Shown: piece by piece, positions 33,701 through 43,279 of the stretch
How positions within the stretch are numbered: the first letter of the stretch is position 1
How the letters are laid out: each line of letters starts with the position of its first letter
Source: Minisyncoccota bacterium
Lineage (GTDB): Bacteria > Patescibacteriota > Minisyncoccia > Phycocordibacterales > UBA9973
DNA: 64,000 bases
Assembly (NCBI GenBank): GCA_041657885.1
Contig: JBBABB010000001.1
Span: 65,094-129,093 of the forward strand
Direction: 5' to 3'
Position numbers and translations under genes: made by a program
The notes under the pieces: generated by a model
Databases searched by the model: none
What the model saw: the letters and a program-made list of their open reading frames with translations, nothing else
Told to the model about the DNA's origin: nothing

Positions 33701-33980
33701 GGTATCTTTTATTATCCACTCCGGGTTCTTTATCTTTTCGTCCGCGTAGAGCTATATAAGCTTCTACTCCAATTATTGGTTTAATATCGGCTTTTCTAGC
33801 TTCTTTGTATAATTCAATAGCTCCATACATATTGCCGTGGTCAGTAATAGCCAAGGCATTCATACCATTTTCCTTGCATTTCTTGACCATATCAGGGATT
33901 TTAGATAATCCATCCAATAGGGAATAGTGAGAGTGGGTGTGTAGGTGTATAAACTTTGCATTGAGTTCCAGTTTCTCCAT
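30780..33980 (-). CDS. dnaE: DNA polymerase III alpha subunit
   Basis: PHP HLHTHSHYSLLDG, RGSVAGS, FERFLNPER..PDID, YGFNKAHA, OB fold. Confidence 0.96.
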   Translation of the reverse strand: MEKLELNAKFIHLHTHSHYSLLDGLSKIPDMVKKCKENGMNALAITDHGNMYGAIELYKEARKADIKPIIGVEAYIALRGRKDKEPGVDNKRYHLTLLAKNRQGYKNLMRLVTIANLEGYYYKPRMDKEILQEFHDGIICLSGCMSSQLSQAVLANNNEKAEALIKEHQEIFGKENYFLEIHTHPHVENDARLREGIKALGKKFNIPIVAGQDSHYLCQEDHQAHFTLLQVNTGTDGKEGTKFEFSEDDFSLIDEETARLYFSDSPEAIDNTKMVADLCEEYDLELGKAYFPDFPIPEGTTADEILRKLAYEGFAFRELEQTSIYTDRLEYELGIIKQKGYPTYFLVVGDLLKYARENKIYTNIRGSVAGSLTTYLVGITKVDPIAYKLPFERFLNPERPSLPDIDMDYADNRRDEIIAYAKRKYGEDKVAQIGTFGTMMAKGSVRDVARALGHPYSVGDRLSSMIPLGSQGTPMTIEHAMKIVPELKIAYKEERETKEIIDLAKKMEGCVRHISVHAAGVVMAPRPLYEFSPVQYDPKGGNIITQYDMYSIEDAGLPKFDFLGIRNLAILADAVKLVKRIHNIDVDIDKIPLDDKLTFEILARGETMGLFQLNGSGMTHYLKELKATTIHDINAMVALYRPGPMESIPEYIKRKHNSNLVSYLDPRMKDILDQSYGVITYQDDVMMIAIKLGGYSWLEADKLRKAMGKKIPREMEAQRTKLLEGFVENGITPKMAQELWALIEPFAAYGFNKAHAASYGLVAYQTAYMKANFPVEYMTAIMTAESGDIEKVAEIIGECKKMKIEVFPPNVNESFGGFTVISGSDKLTGRAIRFGLYNIKNLGTDIADSIIEERKTNGKFKSLEDFFERINHKNLNKKSVEALAKSGSMDELAERNMIIGNLETLISFNKESRGGGSQDSLFGSIGGIKTNLSLVEQPKVTMKEKLIWEKELLGLYVSGHPLSEYKEKIEKFGTLIKSVKKDVKIGVPITIAAIIDTVKIVTTKNNNRMAFIRISDFSDSIEAVVFSGLFEKNKDILIPDTIIALQGKVTERNGEKSIMINAFKKI

Positions 33981-34015
33981 TTTTTCAGTATAGCAAATAA
34001 TGATATAATTTATAA

Positions 34016-35737
34016 ATGGACAAAACTCCAAAGTTTACTGCGAGGATAAATGAAATATTAAAGAATTTGGTTCCTCATAGGGTCAATTGTTTGCAGTGCA
34101 AATCAGATTTTGAAATATTAGAAAATGATATTGAGTTTTTTAAGAAATTTCAAGTTCCTCCACCCAAAATGTGTCCAGATTGTCGCAGGCAAAGACGATA
34201 TGCTTTTGCAAATTACACAACTCTTTTTAAGAGAGACTGTAATGTCTCTAATCATAATGAAAAGATGATTTCTTCAATACCAGAAGGAACAGAATTTCCA
34301 GTTTATGATTTTGATTATTATTGGCATGGCGATAGGGATTTGTATATAAATGGTAGAGATTTTGATTTTAATAAAAATTTTATAGAACAATTTAAAAAAT
34401 TATTTTTAGTTTCTCCACAACCAGCCCTTACTCGTGACCCTACTAGTGTTAACAGTGATTATACAAATTATGGGATACAACTAAAGAATTGCTATTATAC
34501 TTTTGGTGGAATAAACTCAGAAGAAATTATGTTTAGTGTGTGGCCTTTATGGGCTAAAAATTCTCTAGATATGCTCATTTCTCAAAATACAGATTTATCT
34601 TATGAAGGAGTTTTTCCGAATGGGTGCTATAACTGTAATTATGTTTATTTCTCAAAAGATTGTTTAGATTGTAATTTTATATATGATTGCCGAAATTGTT
34701 CAAATTGTTTTGGTTGTGTAAACCTTAGAAATAAAAAATATTGTATTTGGAATACTCAATATAACAAAGAGGATTATCTTGAAAAAATAAAAGAGTTTAA
34801 TTTAGGGGATAAGAAAGAATTAAAAAATTATAGAGATAAATTAGAAAAAATAATACATGATTTACCCATTAGAGCTACTAGAAATGAACATTCTAAAAAT
34901 TATAGTGGTAATTATATTATTAATTCAAAAAATACTATAAATTCATTTTGGTGTTTAGATTCTGAAAATAATGATTATACAGACTTTGCAGCTCAATCAT
35001 CTGACAATTATGATTGTTCAGTGGGAAGTTGGACAAGTAATGCTTATAGCACTATTTGTGTCGGTGTTCATTCTTCGAATGTTAAATTTTCTTCCTTAGG
35101 TAGAGAATTAAGAGATTGTGAATATATTATGAATTGCAAGAATTGTCAATACTGTTTTGGTTGCATTGGCCTTTATAATGCTAAATTTTGTATTTTTAAT
35201 AAGCAATATACAGAAGAAGAGTATTGGAAATTAGTAGATGATATTAAGGTCAAGATGTTAGAAAGTGGAGAATATGGAGAATTCTTCCCGTTATCTATAA
35301 GCCCTTTTCCTTATAGTGCTTCACTTTCAAATATTATTTATAATATTTCAAAAGAAAAAGTTTTAGAACTAGGTGGGTGGTGGTATGATGAAAAGATAAA
35401 CTTACCAAAGAATATAAAATTAATAAAAGCAAATAACATAGAACCAGATATAAAAAATATTACAGATGAAATTCTAGATATTGGAATTATAAGTGAAGGG
35501 AATGGAAAACCATTTAGAATAGTTAAGGAAGAACTTGAATTTTATAGAAAGAAGAATATTGCAATTCCAAATTTGACTCCTTATGAAAGGATTATAGATC
35601 GTTTTAAATATGTGAATAATTTTAAAGTTTTTAAAGATAAATGTTTTAAGTGTGGAATAGAAATTTTGAGTAGTTATGCGACAAATAATGGATTTAAACC
35701 TTATTGTGATGAATGTTATAAACAAGAAATTTATTAA
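34016..35737 (+). CDS. Cys-rich hypothetical protein of a type common in Parcubacteria
   Basis: CPDCRRQRR, two C.NCFGC..L..K.YCI.N repeats, GEYGEFFP, C-terminal YCDECY. Confidence 0.7.
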   Translation: MDKTPKFTARINEILKNLVPHRVNCLQCKSDFEILENDIEFFKKFQVPPPKMCPDCRRQRRYAFANYTTLFKRDCNVSNHNEKMISSIPEGTEFPVYDFDYYWHGDRDLYINGRDFDFNKNFIEQFKKLFLVSPQPALTRDPTSVNSDYTNYGIQLKNCYYTFGGINSEEIMFSVWPLWAKNSLDMLISQNTDLSYEGVFPNGCYNCNYVYFSKDCLDCNFIYDCRNCSNCFGCVNLRNKKYCIWNTQYNKEDYLEKIKEFNLGDKKELKNYRDKLEKIIHDLPIRATRNEHSKNYSGNYIINSKNTINSFWCLDSENNDYTDFAAQSSDNYDCSVGSWTSNAYSTICVGVHSSNVKFSSLGRELRDCEYIMNCKNCQYCFGCIGLYNAKFCIFNKQYTEEEYWKLVDDIKVKMLESGEYGEFFPLSISPFPYSASLSNIIYNISKEKVLELGGWWYDEKINLPKNIKLIKANNIEPDIKNITDEILDIGIISEGNGKPFRIVKEELEFYRKKNIAIPNLTPYERIIDRFKYVNNFKVFKDKCFKCGIEILSSYATNNGFKPYCDECYKQEIY

Positions 35738-36444
35738 TGAATAAAGATATTAAATATATTGTGGGAATAGATGAAGTAGGGAGAGGACCGATAGCAGGAC
35801 CGGTAGCTGTCTGCGCTTTCTTAATTAAAGATAATTCTTTTTGCATAGGTCAGACCTATGCGAAGTTGCCTAAACTTCGAGATTCCAAGAAACTTTCTAA
35901 AAAGCAGAGAGAAAAATGGTTTGAGTATTTGAAAGTCGCAAAAACCGAAGGTTTTTGCGATTACGTTGTATCTTTTGTCTCTCCAGAAAATATTGATAAA
36001 TTTGGAATTGTAAAATGTATTCAAAAAGCTTTGAATGAATCTCTTTCCAAAGTCGCTTCACAGAATCTTCCAAATTTTTCCCGCTTTACCCTAAAGGGCT
36101 CCCTGCCCGACAATGCCAGCTATAGGCAGGCGGGCGACACGGATAAAAATTTGGAAGATTCTGTTTCGCTTTCCTCACTTCACGTTTATCTGGACGGTGG
36201 ACTTCATGCACCAATTGAATACATAAATCAAGAGACAATTATAAGAGGGGATGAACTTCATCCAGTTATTTCTATGGCATCAATTATGGCAAAAGTTTCG
36301 CGAGACAGAATTATGATAAATTATGCAAAAGTTTATCCAAAATATGGTTTTGAGCGTCATGTTGGCTATGGTACAAAAGCTCATTACGACGCCATCAAAA
36401 AACACGGCCAAACGCCAATTCATCGCAAAACTTTTATTCACTAA
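35737..36444 (+). CDS. rnhB: Ribonuclease HII containing in-frame repeat insertions
   Basis: GIDEVGRGP, DSKKL, LDG, ASIMAKVSRD, GYGT..H, HRKTF. Confidence 0.92.
   Translation: MNKDIKYIVGIDEVGRGPIAGPVAVCAFLIKDNSFCIGQTYAKLPKLRDSKKLSKKQREKWFEYLKVAKTEGFCDYVVSFVSPENIDKFGIVKCIQKALNESLSKVASQNLPNFSRFTLKGSLPDNASYRQAGDTDKNLEDSVSLSSLHVYLDGGLHAPIEYINQETIIRGDELHPVISMASIMAKVSRDRIMINYAKVYPKYGFERHVGYGTKAHYDAIKKHGQTPIHRKTFIH
36060..36164. repeat. In-frame hairpin element (copy 3 of the CGCTTTACCCTAAAGGG family) with nested 33-bp insert
   Basis: Perfect 20-bp inverted arms ACAGAATCTTCCAAATTTTT / AAAAATTTGGAAGATTCTGT inside rnhB. Confidence 0.85.
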
Positions 36445-36585
36445 TAATTTACATTTAAGAAACGGCCGTTCGTTAAATGTAATGTAAAATATATTACACC
36501 ACGAAATAAAAATAGTGAGGCCTTGCCTAGCGATTTTTTTACCTTGCTTAATACATTTTAAGTGTATATAATCAAATATATTTGT

Positions 36586-37962
36586 ATGAAAATAAATTTT
36601 AAAAAACCGATAAATAAAAAAGATGTTTTATTTGTGAATGTTAGTTCTAAAAATAACGATGAGGTTGTTAGGGAAAATGGCGTAAAAACTTTATATTTAA
36701 AATGTGACGAAAAAATGACTTTACGTAAGTTTTTTTTACTTGTTCGAAAAATGATAATGATGGCAAAAAGTGTCAAAGCTGAAAAAGTTGCTTTTAATTT
36801 TTCTGATTTTAAATTTGATTTTATAGGGATTTCTAAAAATGAACTAGCAGAAATTATTGGCACTCAGCTTGATTTTGCTAATTATGAATTTAATGAATAT
36901 AAAACCAAAACCAAGGAAGGCTTTCCTGAAGTAAAAGAAATTTTTATTTTAGGTACTACAAAAGAAATAGAAAAAAATATTCTAAAGGGTAATATAATTG
37001 CAAAAGAAGTAAACAAGACTCGATCTCTTTCAAATACTCCTGGTGGTGATATGACTCCAAAAATTTTAGCGCAAAAAGCTAAAGAAGCAGTAAAGGGTTT
37101 ACCTGTGAAGATTACTGTTTTAGGTGAAAAAGAAATGAAAAAAGAAAATATGCTTGCAATATTTTCTGTTGGTCGTGGGTCAGATGAAGAATCAAAATTT
37201 ATTATTATGGAATATTGGGGGATAGATAAGAAAAATAAGCCAATCGTTCTAGTTGGTAAAGGTGTTACCTTTGATACTGGTGGAATAAATTTAAAACCTT
37301 CTTCTTCACTCTTAGGTATGAATATGGATATGTCAGGTGGAGCATCGGTGATACACACTATAGCTCTCGTAGCAAAAATGAAATTAAAAAAGAATGTCAT
37401 TGGACTTATTCCCTCGGTTGAAAATATGCCGTCAGGAAAAAGTTATCGCCCAGGTGATGTTATTCGTTCAATGTCTGGTAAGACAATTGAAATATTAAAT
37501 ACTGATGCTGAGGGTCGTGTAATTTTAGCAGATGCGCTTACTTATGCGCAAAAATACAAACCAGAAGTTGTTATAGATATCGCCACTTTAACTGGTGCCG
37601 CGTGCGTGGCTCTTGGTGAACGTGCTTCTGCGATTTTTACAGAAGATGATGAATTATCAAAATCTTTTGAAAAAATAAGTGAAAGGACAGGGGATTACGT
37701 TTGGCGATTACCATTATGGGAAGAATATGAAAATGAAATAAAGGGGAGTTTAGGTGATTGGACAAATATACATAATAAGGATTCTCGTTATGGCGGAGCA
37801 ATTTATGCTGCAAGCTTCCTGCATCAATTTATTAAAGGTACAAAATGGCTTCACATAGACATGGCACCCCGCATAGTCTCAATATCTGGTGAAAATCTAG
37901 CCATAGGAGCTTTAGGTACCCCAGTTAGAGCCTTATTTAAATTTATAGAGGATAGTAAATAA
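36586..37962 (+). CDS. pepA: Leucyl aminopeptidase (M17)
   Basis: GKGVTFDTGG, DMSG, NTDAEGRVILAD, ATLTGA. Confidence 0.92.
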   Translation: MKINFKKPINKKDVLFVNVSSKNNDEVVRENGVKTLYLKCDEKMTLRKFFLLVRKMIMMAKSVKAEKVAFNFSDFKFDFIGISKNELAEIIGTQLDFANYEFNEYKTKTKEGFPEVKEIFILGTTKEIEKNILKGNIIAKEVNKTRSLSNTPGGDMTPKILAQKAKEAVKGLPVKITVLGEKEMKKENMLAIFSVGRGSDEESKFIIMEYWGIDKKNKPIVLVGKGVTFDTGGINLKPSSSLLGMNMDMSGGASVIHTIALVAKMKLKKNVIGLIPSVENMPSGKSYRPGDVIRSMSGKTIEILNTDAEGRVILADALTYAQKYKPEVVIDIATLTGAACVALGERASAIFTEDDELSKSFEKISERTGDYVWRLPLWEEYENEIKGSLGDWTNIHNKDSRYGGAIYAASFLHQFIKGTKWLHIDMAPRIVSISGENLAIGALGTPVRALFKFIEDSK

Positions 37963-38029
37963 TCAAGCATAATATACCTTATTATTAATTGTTTTTTTCA
38001 TCCTAGTGTTTGAAATTTAAATATTAATT

Positions 38030-39250
38030 TTATTTTGATGCATGTTCTATTCTTTCAAGCGCTACTACAAAGGCCGTACGGCGAATATCTGTGTTCAATT
38101 CTTTTGACCTATTCCAGATAATTTTAGTTTCCTCTTCCATAATTTTTTTCAACTTTTCAAAAACAGCTACCTCTGTCCAATGTTCCTTTTTTAGATTTTG
38201 TTCCCATTCAAAAGTAGAGACAGTAACTCCTCCTGCGTTTGCAAGTATGTCTGGTATAATAGGAATCCCTCTAGCAAATAATATATCATCCGCTTCTGGG
38301 GTTGTTGGGCCATTTGCGAGTTCAACGATTAGCTTTGCTTTTATATCTTTCGCGTTTTTTTCTGTAATCTGGTTTTCTAGTGCAGCTGGAATTAAAACAT
38401 CACATTCAATAACGAGAAGTTCCTCGTTTGTAATGTTTTTTGACCCAGGGAAATTAGCGATTTGCCCATTTACTTTTTTGTATTCGTTGAGCTCTTTTAT
38501 ATTTATCCCATCTTCTTTAAGGATTGCTCCTTTTGAATCTGAGATTGCGATAATCTTATGTCCGTGTGCCGATAGAATCTCTGCAGCATTGCCTCCGACA
38601 TTTCCAAAACCTTGAATAACAATATTGCATGATTCGGGTAAATTTAATTTCTTTCTTATCACATCAAAAACATAAAAACCACCAAGCCCTGTCGCAGTGC
38701 CTCGTCCTTCTGAGCCTCCCATATTAATTGGTTTACCTGTTATAACAGCGTTCGTTGTATCTCCAGTAATTTTCGCATATTCATCTACCATCCAAGACAT
38801 TATTTCTGGAGTTGTATTTACATCAGGAGCAGGAACATCTAATTTTGGTCCGATAACAGGGGCCATGAGTTTGATCCATCCACGGGATAATTTTTCAAGT
38901 TCAATTTTTGATAATTTTTTGGGGTCAACCGTTATTCCACCTTTTCCTCCTCCCATCGGAATATTTGCTACCGCGCATTTTAAAGTCATCCAAAAAGCAA
39001 GAGCTTTCACTTCATCTATATCTGTATCTTGATGATAACGTATTCCACCTTTATATGGACCACGAGCATTATTGTATTGAACTCTATATCCTTCAAATAT
39101 TTCAATTCTCCCATCGTCCATTGTGACTGGTATTGCAATACGGATTTCTCTATTAGGTTGCCTTAAAAGTTTGAGAAACTTTTCATCAAACTTTTTTACT
39201 TTTGTAGCTCTTTCAAGCTGTAACATCGCATTTTGAAATGGATTATTCAT
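38030..39250 (-). CDS. gdhA: Glu/Leu/Phe/Val dehydrogenase (glutamate dehydrogenase)
   Basis: GPYKGGIRY, GGGKGG, DVPAPD, QGFGNVG, ELANGP. Confidence 0.92.
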   Translation of the reverse strand: MNNPFQNAMLQLERATKVKKFDEKFLKLLRQPNREIRIAIPVTMDDGRIEIFEGYRVQYNNARGPYKGGIRYHQDTDIDEVKALAFWMTLKCAVANIPMGGGKGGITVDPKKLSKIELEKLSRGWIKLMAPVIGPKLDVPAPDVNTTPEIMSWMVDEYAKITGDTTNAVITGKPINMGGSEGRGTATGLGGFYVFDVIRKKLNLPESCNIVIQGFGNVGGNAAEILSAHGHKIIAISDSKGAILKEDGINIKELNEYKKVNGQIANFPGSKNITNEELLVIECDVLIPAALENQITEKNAKDIKAKLIVELANGPTTPEADDILFARGIPIIPDILANAGGVTVSTFEWEQNLKKEHWTEVAVFEKLKKIMEEETKIIWNRSKELNTDIRRTAFVVALERIEHASK

Positions 39251-39400
39251 GTCTTTTTATTTATTTATATTAATATTTTTCTATTATACTCTTTTTGTTT
39301 GTTTATCTATAATTTCATTTTTTTAGCCTTATTTATTAACAGTTTTGGGGGATAGTGAATGCACTTGACAAAGTACAACCTTATATGCTATAATATACAA

Positions 39401-39946
39401 ATGAAAAATAAAATAACAAAAAATCTAATAATCCTTGGAATAATCATTTTTTCTTTTGCTTTGGCAAATAATGCTTCTGCTGTTACAAATAATTATTATT
39501 ACTATTATTATAATACTGTACCAGTTGGATCAACTCAAACAAATCCAAATTTAAATTCAAATATACCTAGTTCGTCTACATCTTCAACTTCAGCAAATTC
39601 GACTTATGATAACTCTAGATTTTTTATTCCGAATCCAATTCCAGTTCCAAAAGTTGTTACAAAACCTACACCTACTTATAATCCAAATGCAGTTTATGAA
39701 AATAGTTCTTATAATTACAATAATAGTTTAGGAGCTTCCGCATACAGTGGTTATAACCAAGCGAATGATAATGGTAGTGGAATAACTGCACTTTCACTTC
39801 GCGGGTCTGGTAGTTTTATGCCGAGCTCAATCTGGCAATGGTTAATAGTAATTATTTTAATATTAACCATTATTGTCATCTCTCGAATTTTTATTCGCAA
39901 AAAAATATTAGTCCAAGAATTTCATACTGCCACACATACTCATTAA
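39401..39946 (+). CDS. Low-complexity exported protein with C-terminal membrane anchor
   Basis: Signal peptide, S/T/N/Y-rich body, C-terminal TM; TTGACA..TATAAT 6 nt before ATG. Confidence 0.65.
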   Translation: MKNKITKNLIILGIIIFSFALANNASAVTNNYYYYYYNTVPVGSTQTNPNLNSNIPSSSTSSTSANSTYDNSRFFIPNPIPVPKVVTKPTPTYNPNAVYENSSYNYNNSLGASAYSGYNQANDNGSGITALSLRGSGSFMPSSIWQWLIVIILILTIIVISRIFIRKKILVQEFHTATHTH

Positions 39947-39971
39947 TTTACTGTTAAGTATCTACATTTAT

Positions 39972-40017
39972 AAAACTAAAAACCTCTCTGGCTCACGTCA
40001 GAGAGGTTTTTAGTTTT
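39972..40017. terminator. Bidirectional terminator; probable original tRNA-Asn terminator
   Basis: AAAACTAAAAACCTCTCTG..CAGAGAGGTTTTTAGTTTT abutting TGGCTCC (GGAG-CCA on minus strand). Confidence 0.7.
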
Positions 40018-40018
40018 G

Positions 40019-40044
40019 GCTCCGAACTTGGGAGGATGTTCGAA
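40019..40044 (+). repeat. att-like arm A (GCTCC-N14-GTTCGAA)
   Basis: GCTCCGAACTTGGGAGGATGTTCGAA, identical at 41216 and inverted at 54014. Confidence 0.9.
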
Positions 40045-40128
40045 TAAGTATTGCAGAGAATTAAAAAAGAGCTTGCCATAAAGACAAGCCCAGTTTTTTT
40101 GTTGAATTTTTCATTAACTACTTTCTAT

Positions 40129-40458
40129 TCAGGAAAACAAATCAGCTGAACGAAATATCATGGAATCAATCTCTTCCAAATATTCCTGGTTTTCAGGATT
40201 AATCCTAAATTTACTTAAAAGAACATCGTGCTTTTTCTGCATTTCTTTTATCCCATAAAGGAAACAAAATGAAATGATTCGCCGATCTGGCTCTTCCGCT
40301 TCAAGAAATGAAAGCAAAGCTTTCTCACTCTCGCTATCTTTTTGCTCAAAGCACATTATTCCAATTTCATTAATGAGCATGCAACTTGGATAGGTAGAAT
40401 TCGGATTTTCAAGTAGCTCAAGAATTTGATCCAGGGTAAACTTCGTCTGTCTTAACAT
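40129..40458 (-). CDS. Hypothetical protein (cassette)
   Basis: 109-aa ORF followed by terminator-like hairpin. Confidence 0.55.
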   Translation of the reverse strand: MLRQTKFTLDQILELLENPNSTYPSCMLINEIGIMCFEQKDSESEKALLSFLEAEEPDRRIISFCFLYGIKEMQKKHDVLLSKFRINPENQEYLEEIDSMIFRSADLFS

Positions 40459-40508
40459 GATTTCGAGGATTTAATGTTTAGAAATTTGAATTGAATTACC
40501 ATTTTTAC

Positions 40509-41063
40509 TTATAAGACTTTATACTCATACTCCTTAAGATAAAGACTGTCCAGGTATAGGGCAGTATTATTAAATATACCCTCGTACTTATTAGTATAGT
40601 GAGGAATAATCTTAATAGGCAAAATCCCCAACCCCTCGTATATGCCATCCGCACTTGGGCTATAGAAAAGTGTGCATAGTGCATTTGCACCCGCTGATTC
40701 ACCAGCTACAGTTTTTCCTTCTACGAGTAAATCTTTTAATCCATGGAACTTTTTGAAAACACCCATTAACTTTAGGGTATTTCCACCTTGAATATAGATA
40801 ACGTTTGATGATTTTACCTGTTCTGTAAAAGATTCTTTATTTGCAATTTCAAAAGACAAATTTTTAGAACCTTTCACTTTGTTAAATTCATCCATAACTC
40901 GTTCCGTGGTTTGAACTACTCTTTCAGGGTCTTTAGCAAAAGGTACAATTAGTACTTTGGAGTTGTCACCGACATCTTTTAATATCTCTGAGTAGAATAG
41001 AGTATTGTCTTCATTAGTATTACCTTTTTGAAAACCGCCATTAAGTATAAATTTTGATTTCAT
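40509..41063 (-). CDS. Peptidase S51/dipeptidase E-like (class I GATase-like fold)
   Basis: IYIQGGNT, AGESAGA nucleophile elbow, GLG..IIPHY. Confidence 0.8.
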   Translation of the reverse strand: MKSKFILNGGFQKGNTNEDNTLFYSEILKDVGDNSKVLIVPFAKDPERVVQTTERVMDEFNKVKGSKNLSFEIANKESFTEQVKSSNVIYIQGGNTLKLMGVFKKFHGLKDLLVEGKTVAGESAGANALCTLFYSPSADGIYEGLGILPIKIIPHYTNKYEGIFNNTALYLDSLYLKEYEYKVL

Positions 41064-41215
41064 CTTTTTTTAATTTAATTGTTAGAAATATATTTATTAG
41101 GTCTTCTTAATTCCCATAAAGAAACTAGGAGAACCTAATAAAAATTAACAATTAAATAAAATATCAAAGAACTACTATGGTTTATATAGTAGCATAATTA
41201 TAGAGTTATGTCAAT

Positions 41216-41241
41216 GCTCCGAACTTGGGAGGATGTTCGAA
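41216..41241 (+). repeat. att-like arm A
   Basis: Identical 26-mer to 40019; directly abuts a minus-strand TTGACA. Confidence 0.9.
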
Positions 41242-41308
41242 TGAGTATTATTAAGTAAATATAAAAGCCCATCAGTGAAGATGAGCTTCTACAGATGGGC
41301 TTAGTTTT

Positions 41309-41803
41309 TTATTCGTCCTGATTATAATAGTATCCAGGACATTGATATGCCTTATCACGCTGTTCACGAACACATCCCATACGATCATCACATGAATTAC
41401 ATAACACTTCTGGGACGGTAATAGTTCCCTTGCGAGTTTTAGTGGAGTAATAAACTTTTACTCTTACTAAATCTTTGCGTAATTCAGGTATGGGATATCC
41501 CTCCTCGATAAGTTGCCTAAAATAATTAAAGTCAACTTTTTTTGCTATAACATGTTCCTCTTTTTTTGCTTTTTCAACAAAAAATTCATCAGAAAGGTAT
41601 TTACTGTTTACTGAAAAAATAAGGTTCCATGATTGGCCACTTCTATCTTCAGCTTCAATAGAATGAATAATTACAGCAAAGTACTTTTCCTTTTCATTTT
41701 TGATGACTTGAAAAGGGACCAACCTTTTTTCGGTGCAAAGGCGTAAGCCATCAAACAATTCCTCTCTTGAGGGACCATTTGTAATTTCAATCGTTTTTTC
41801 CAT
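41309..41803 (-). CDS. Hypothetical protein (cassette)
   Basis: 164-aa ORF with Cys-rich C-terminus. Confidence 0.6.
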   Translation of the reverse strand: MEKTIEITNGPSREELFDGLRLCTEKRLVPFQVIKNEKEKYFAVIIHSIEAEDRSGQSWNLIFSVNSKYLSDEFFVEKAKKEEHVIAKKVDFNYFRQLIEEGYPIPELRKDLVRVKVYYSTKTRKGTITVPEVLCNSCDDRMGCVREQRDKAYQCPGYYYNQDE

Positions 41804-42056
41804 CGTACAATGAATTTAAAAAGAACTTTTTCCTTATACATTTTACAGAGGATAAAGATAACTCTGGAGCCATAAGGCAATCTTTCCGTACAGAAAGAAC
41901 TGCTTATATGATATCACAATAACTTGACATTGTCAAGCAGTTATGCTATACTATCCAGAGTAATAAGTTCTTTTTATAAACCAGAGGTAGATCATACGAA
42001 AACCAATGACTTTTGTCTTTGCTTGACCTGTCGTCTATCTCAAAAAACTCAAAATT

Positions 42057-42386
42057 ATGGTTGCTTTAACTGTTTTCGCTTTGTTCTTCGGTACCTTTAT
42101 TGGCTACTGTTGGGGAAATTCTAAAAGAGGAAAATTGGTAGAATATACCAATGAACTCCCTAATGGGTTTCTGAGAATCCTAAGTACTGATAAGACGTCT
42201 TCTGTCTTAGAAGAAGTTGATTACAAGAAAAGAAGATTCTTGGTTTCCACTGATGTTTTTGGAGGAAAGCCAATCAGACCAAAAGATGTCGTAAGAAAAA
42301 TCAAAAGCGACAGAGAAAGAAAAGATTTCGGAATCCCAGTATTGGGATATCCCCCTCTCATTAAAGTAGAGGAAGAAGATCTTTAA
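42057..42386 (+). CDS. Hypothetical membrane-anchored protein
   Basis: N-terminal hydrophobic helix; upstream TTGACA..TATACT promoter. Confidence 0.55.
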   Translation: MVALTVFALFFGTFIGYCWGNSKRGKLVEYTNELPNGFLRILSTDKTSSVLEEVDYKKRRFLVSTDVFGGKPIRPKDVVRKIKSDRERKDFGIPVLGYPPLIKVEEEDL

Positions 42387-42599
42387 AGAAATTTGCTGGT
42401 TTCTCTCCAGTGATTGGTAGTAGCCAAGAGAAAATATAACTCAAGACCCTTATCTTTACAGATGAGGGCTTGTTTATTTTTACCCCACACTCACTACCAC
42501 TATATATCCCCTATAAAGTTCACAACGTGCATATGTTCACAAAAACAAAAGGCCGTTTCCGATAAATCGGGCGTGCCTTACTATTTTAAAATAATACCT

Positions 42600-43013
42600 T
42601 CAGAATCTATCCTTGGTTATGAGTAACACAATAGAAACAATAGCGAGTAAAAAACCAAGTATTTTCTGAAAAGAAATTCCGCCTGCCATAATTGATTGAT
42701 ATACAGCAGGAATAGCTGTTTGTGCAATAAGCATGATCACAAACAATAAACCGACATTTTGTACTGTTGCTTTGGCGATAACACCATTAAAGAGCAATAG
42801 CCCAATTGCGCCAATAACTCCCGCGCTAATCGCAAATATCCAATGGGCCGATGATATTTCCATGGGTTGTGTTAATGAAAAAAGAAAAACACAGATTAGC
42901 ACTACAAAAGCAAAGACAAAAGAAGCTACGCTACCACTTAAACCGCTTCGGTTCATAAGTAGTGGCCAAATGCCAAATAGCATTCCAGCAATAACGATTT
43001 TTATTACATTCAT
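42600..43013 (-). CDS. Small multi-TM protein, EamA/DMT-like
   Basis: About five hydrophobic helices; G..ISFQKILG..LA..SI.L terminus. Confidence 0.6.
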   Translation of the reverse strand: MNVIKIVIAGMLFGIWPLLMNRSGLSGSVASFVFAFVVLICVFLFSLTQPMEISSAHWIFAISAGVIGAIGLLLFNGVIAKATVQNVGLLFVIMLIAQTAIPAVYQSIMAGGISFQKILGFLLAIVSIVLLITKDRF

Positions 43014-43279
43014 ATTGTTGAGTTTTAATAGTTTGTATTTTTTTCTTTCACATTACTTCTAAGAGCTTGTAAAGTCAATAGGAATAAAAAAACCGCCTTT
43101 CAAGTATTTCTCCTGAAAGACGGTTAGTCATTGCTACTAAAGAGTATGCTTAATAGACAATGCGTTCGCCTCCCTACGTCGGAAAAGATAAAAACGACGA
43201 GTTCATAGGTTCAGCATCCTACCACCAAACCCTGACATCTTTCTACTTTGGGTCTCTTTAATAGAAAAGAAGTTAGTTT

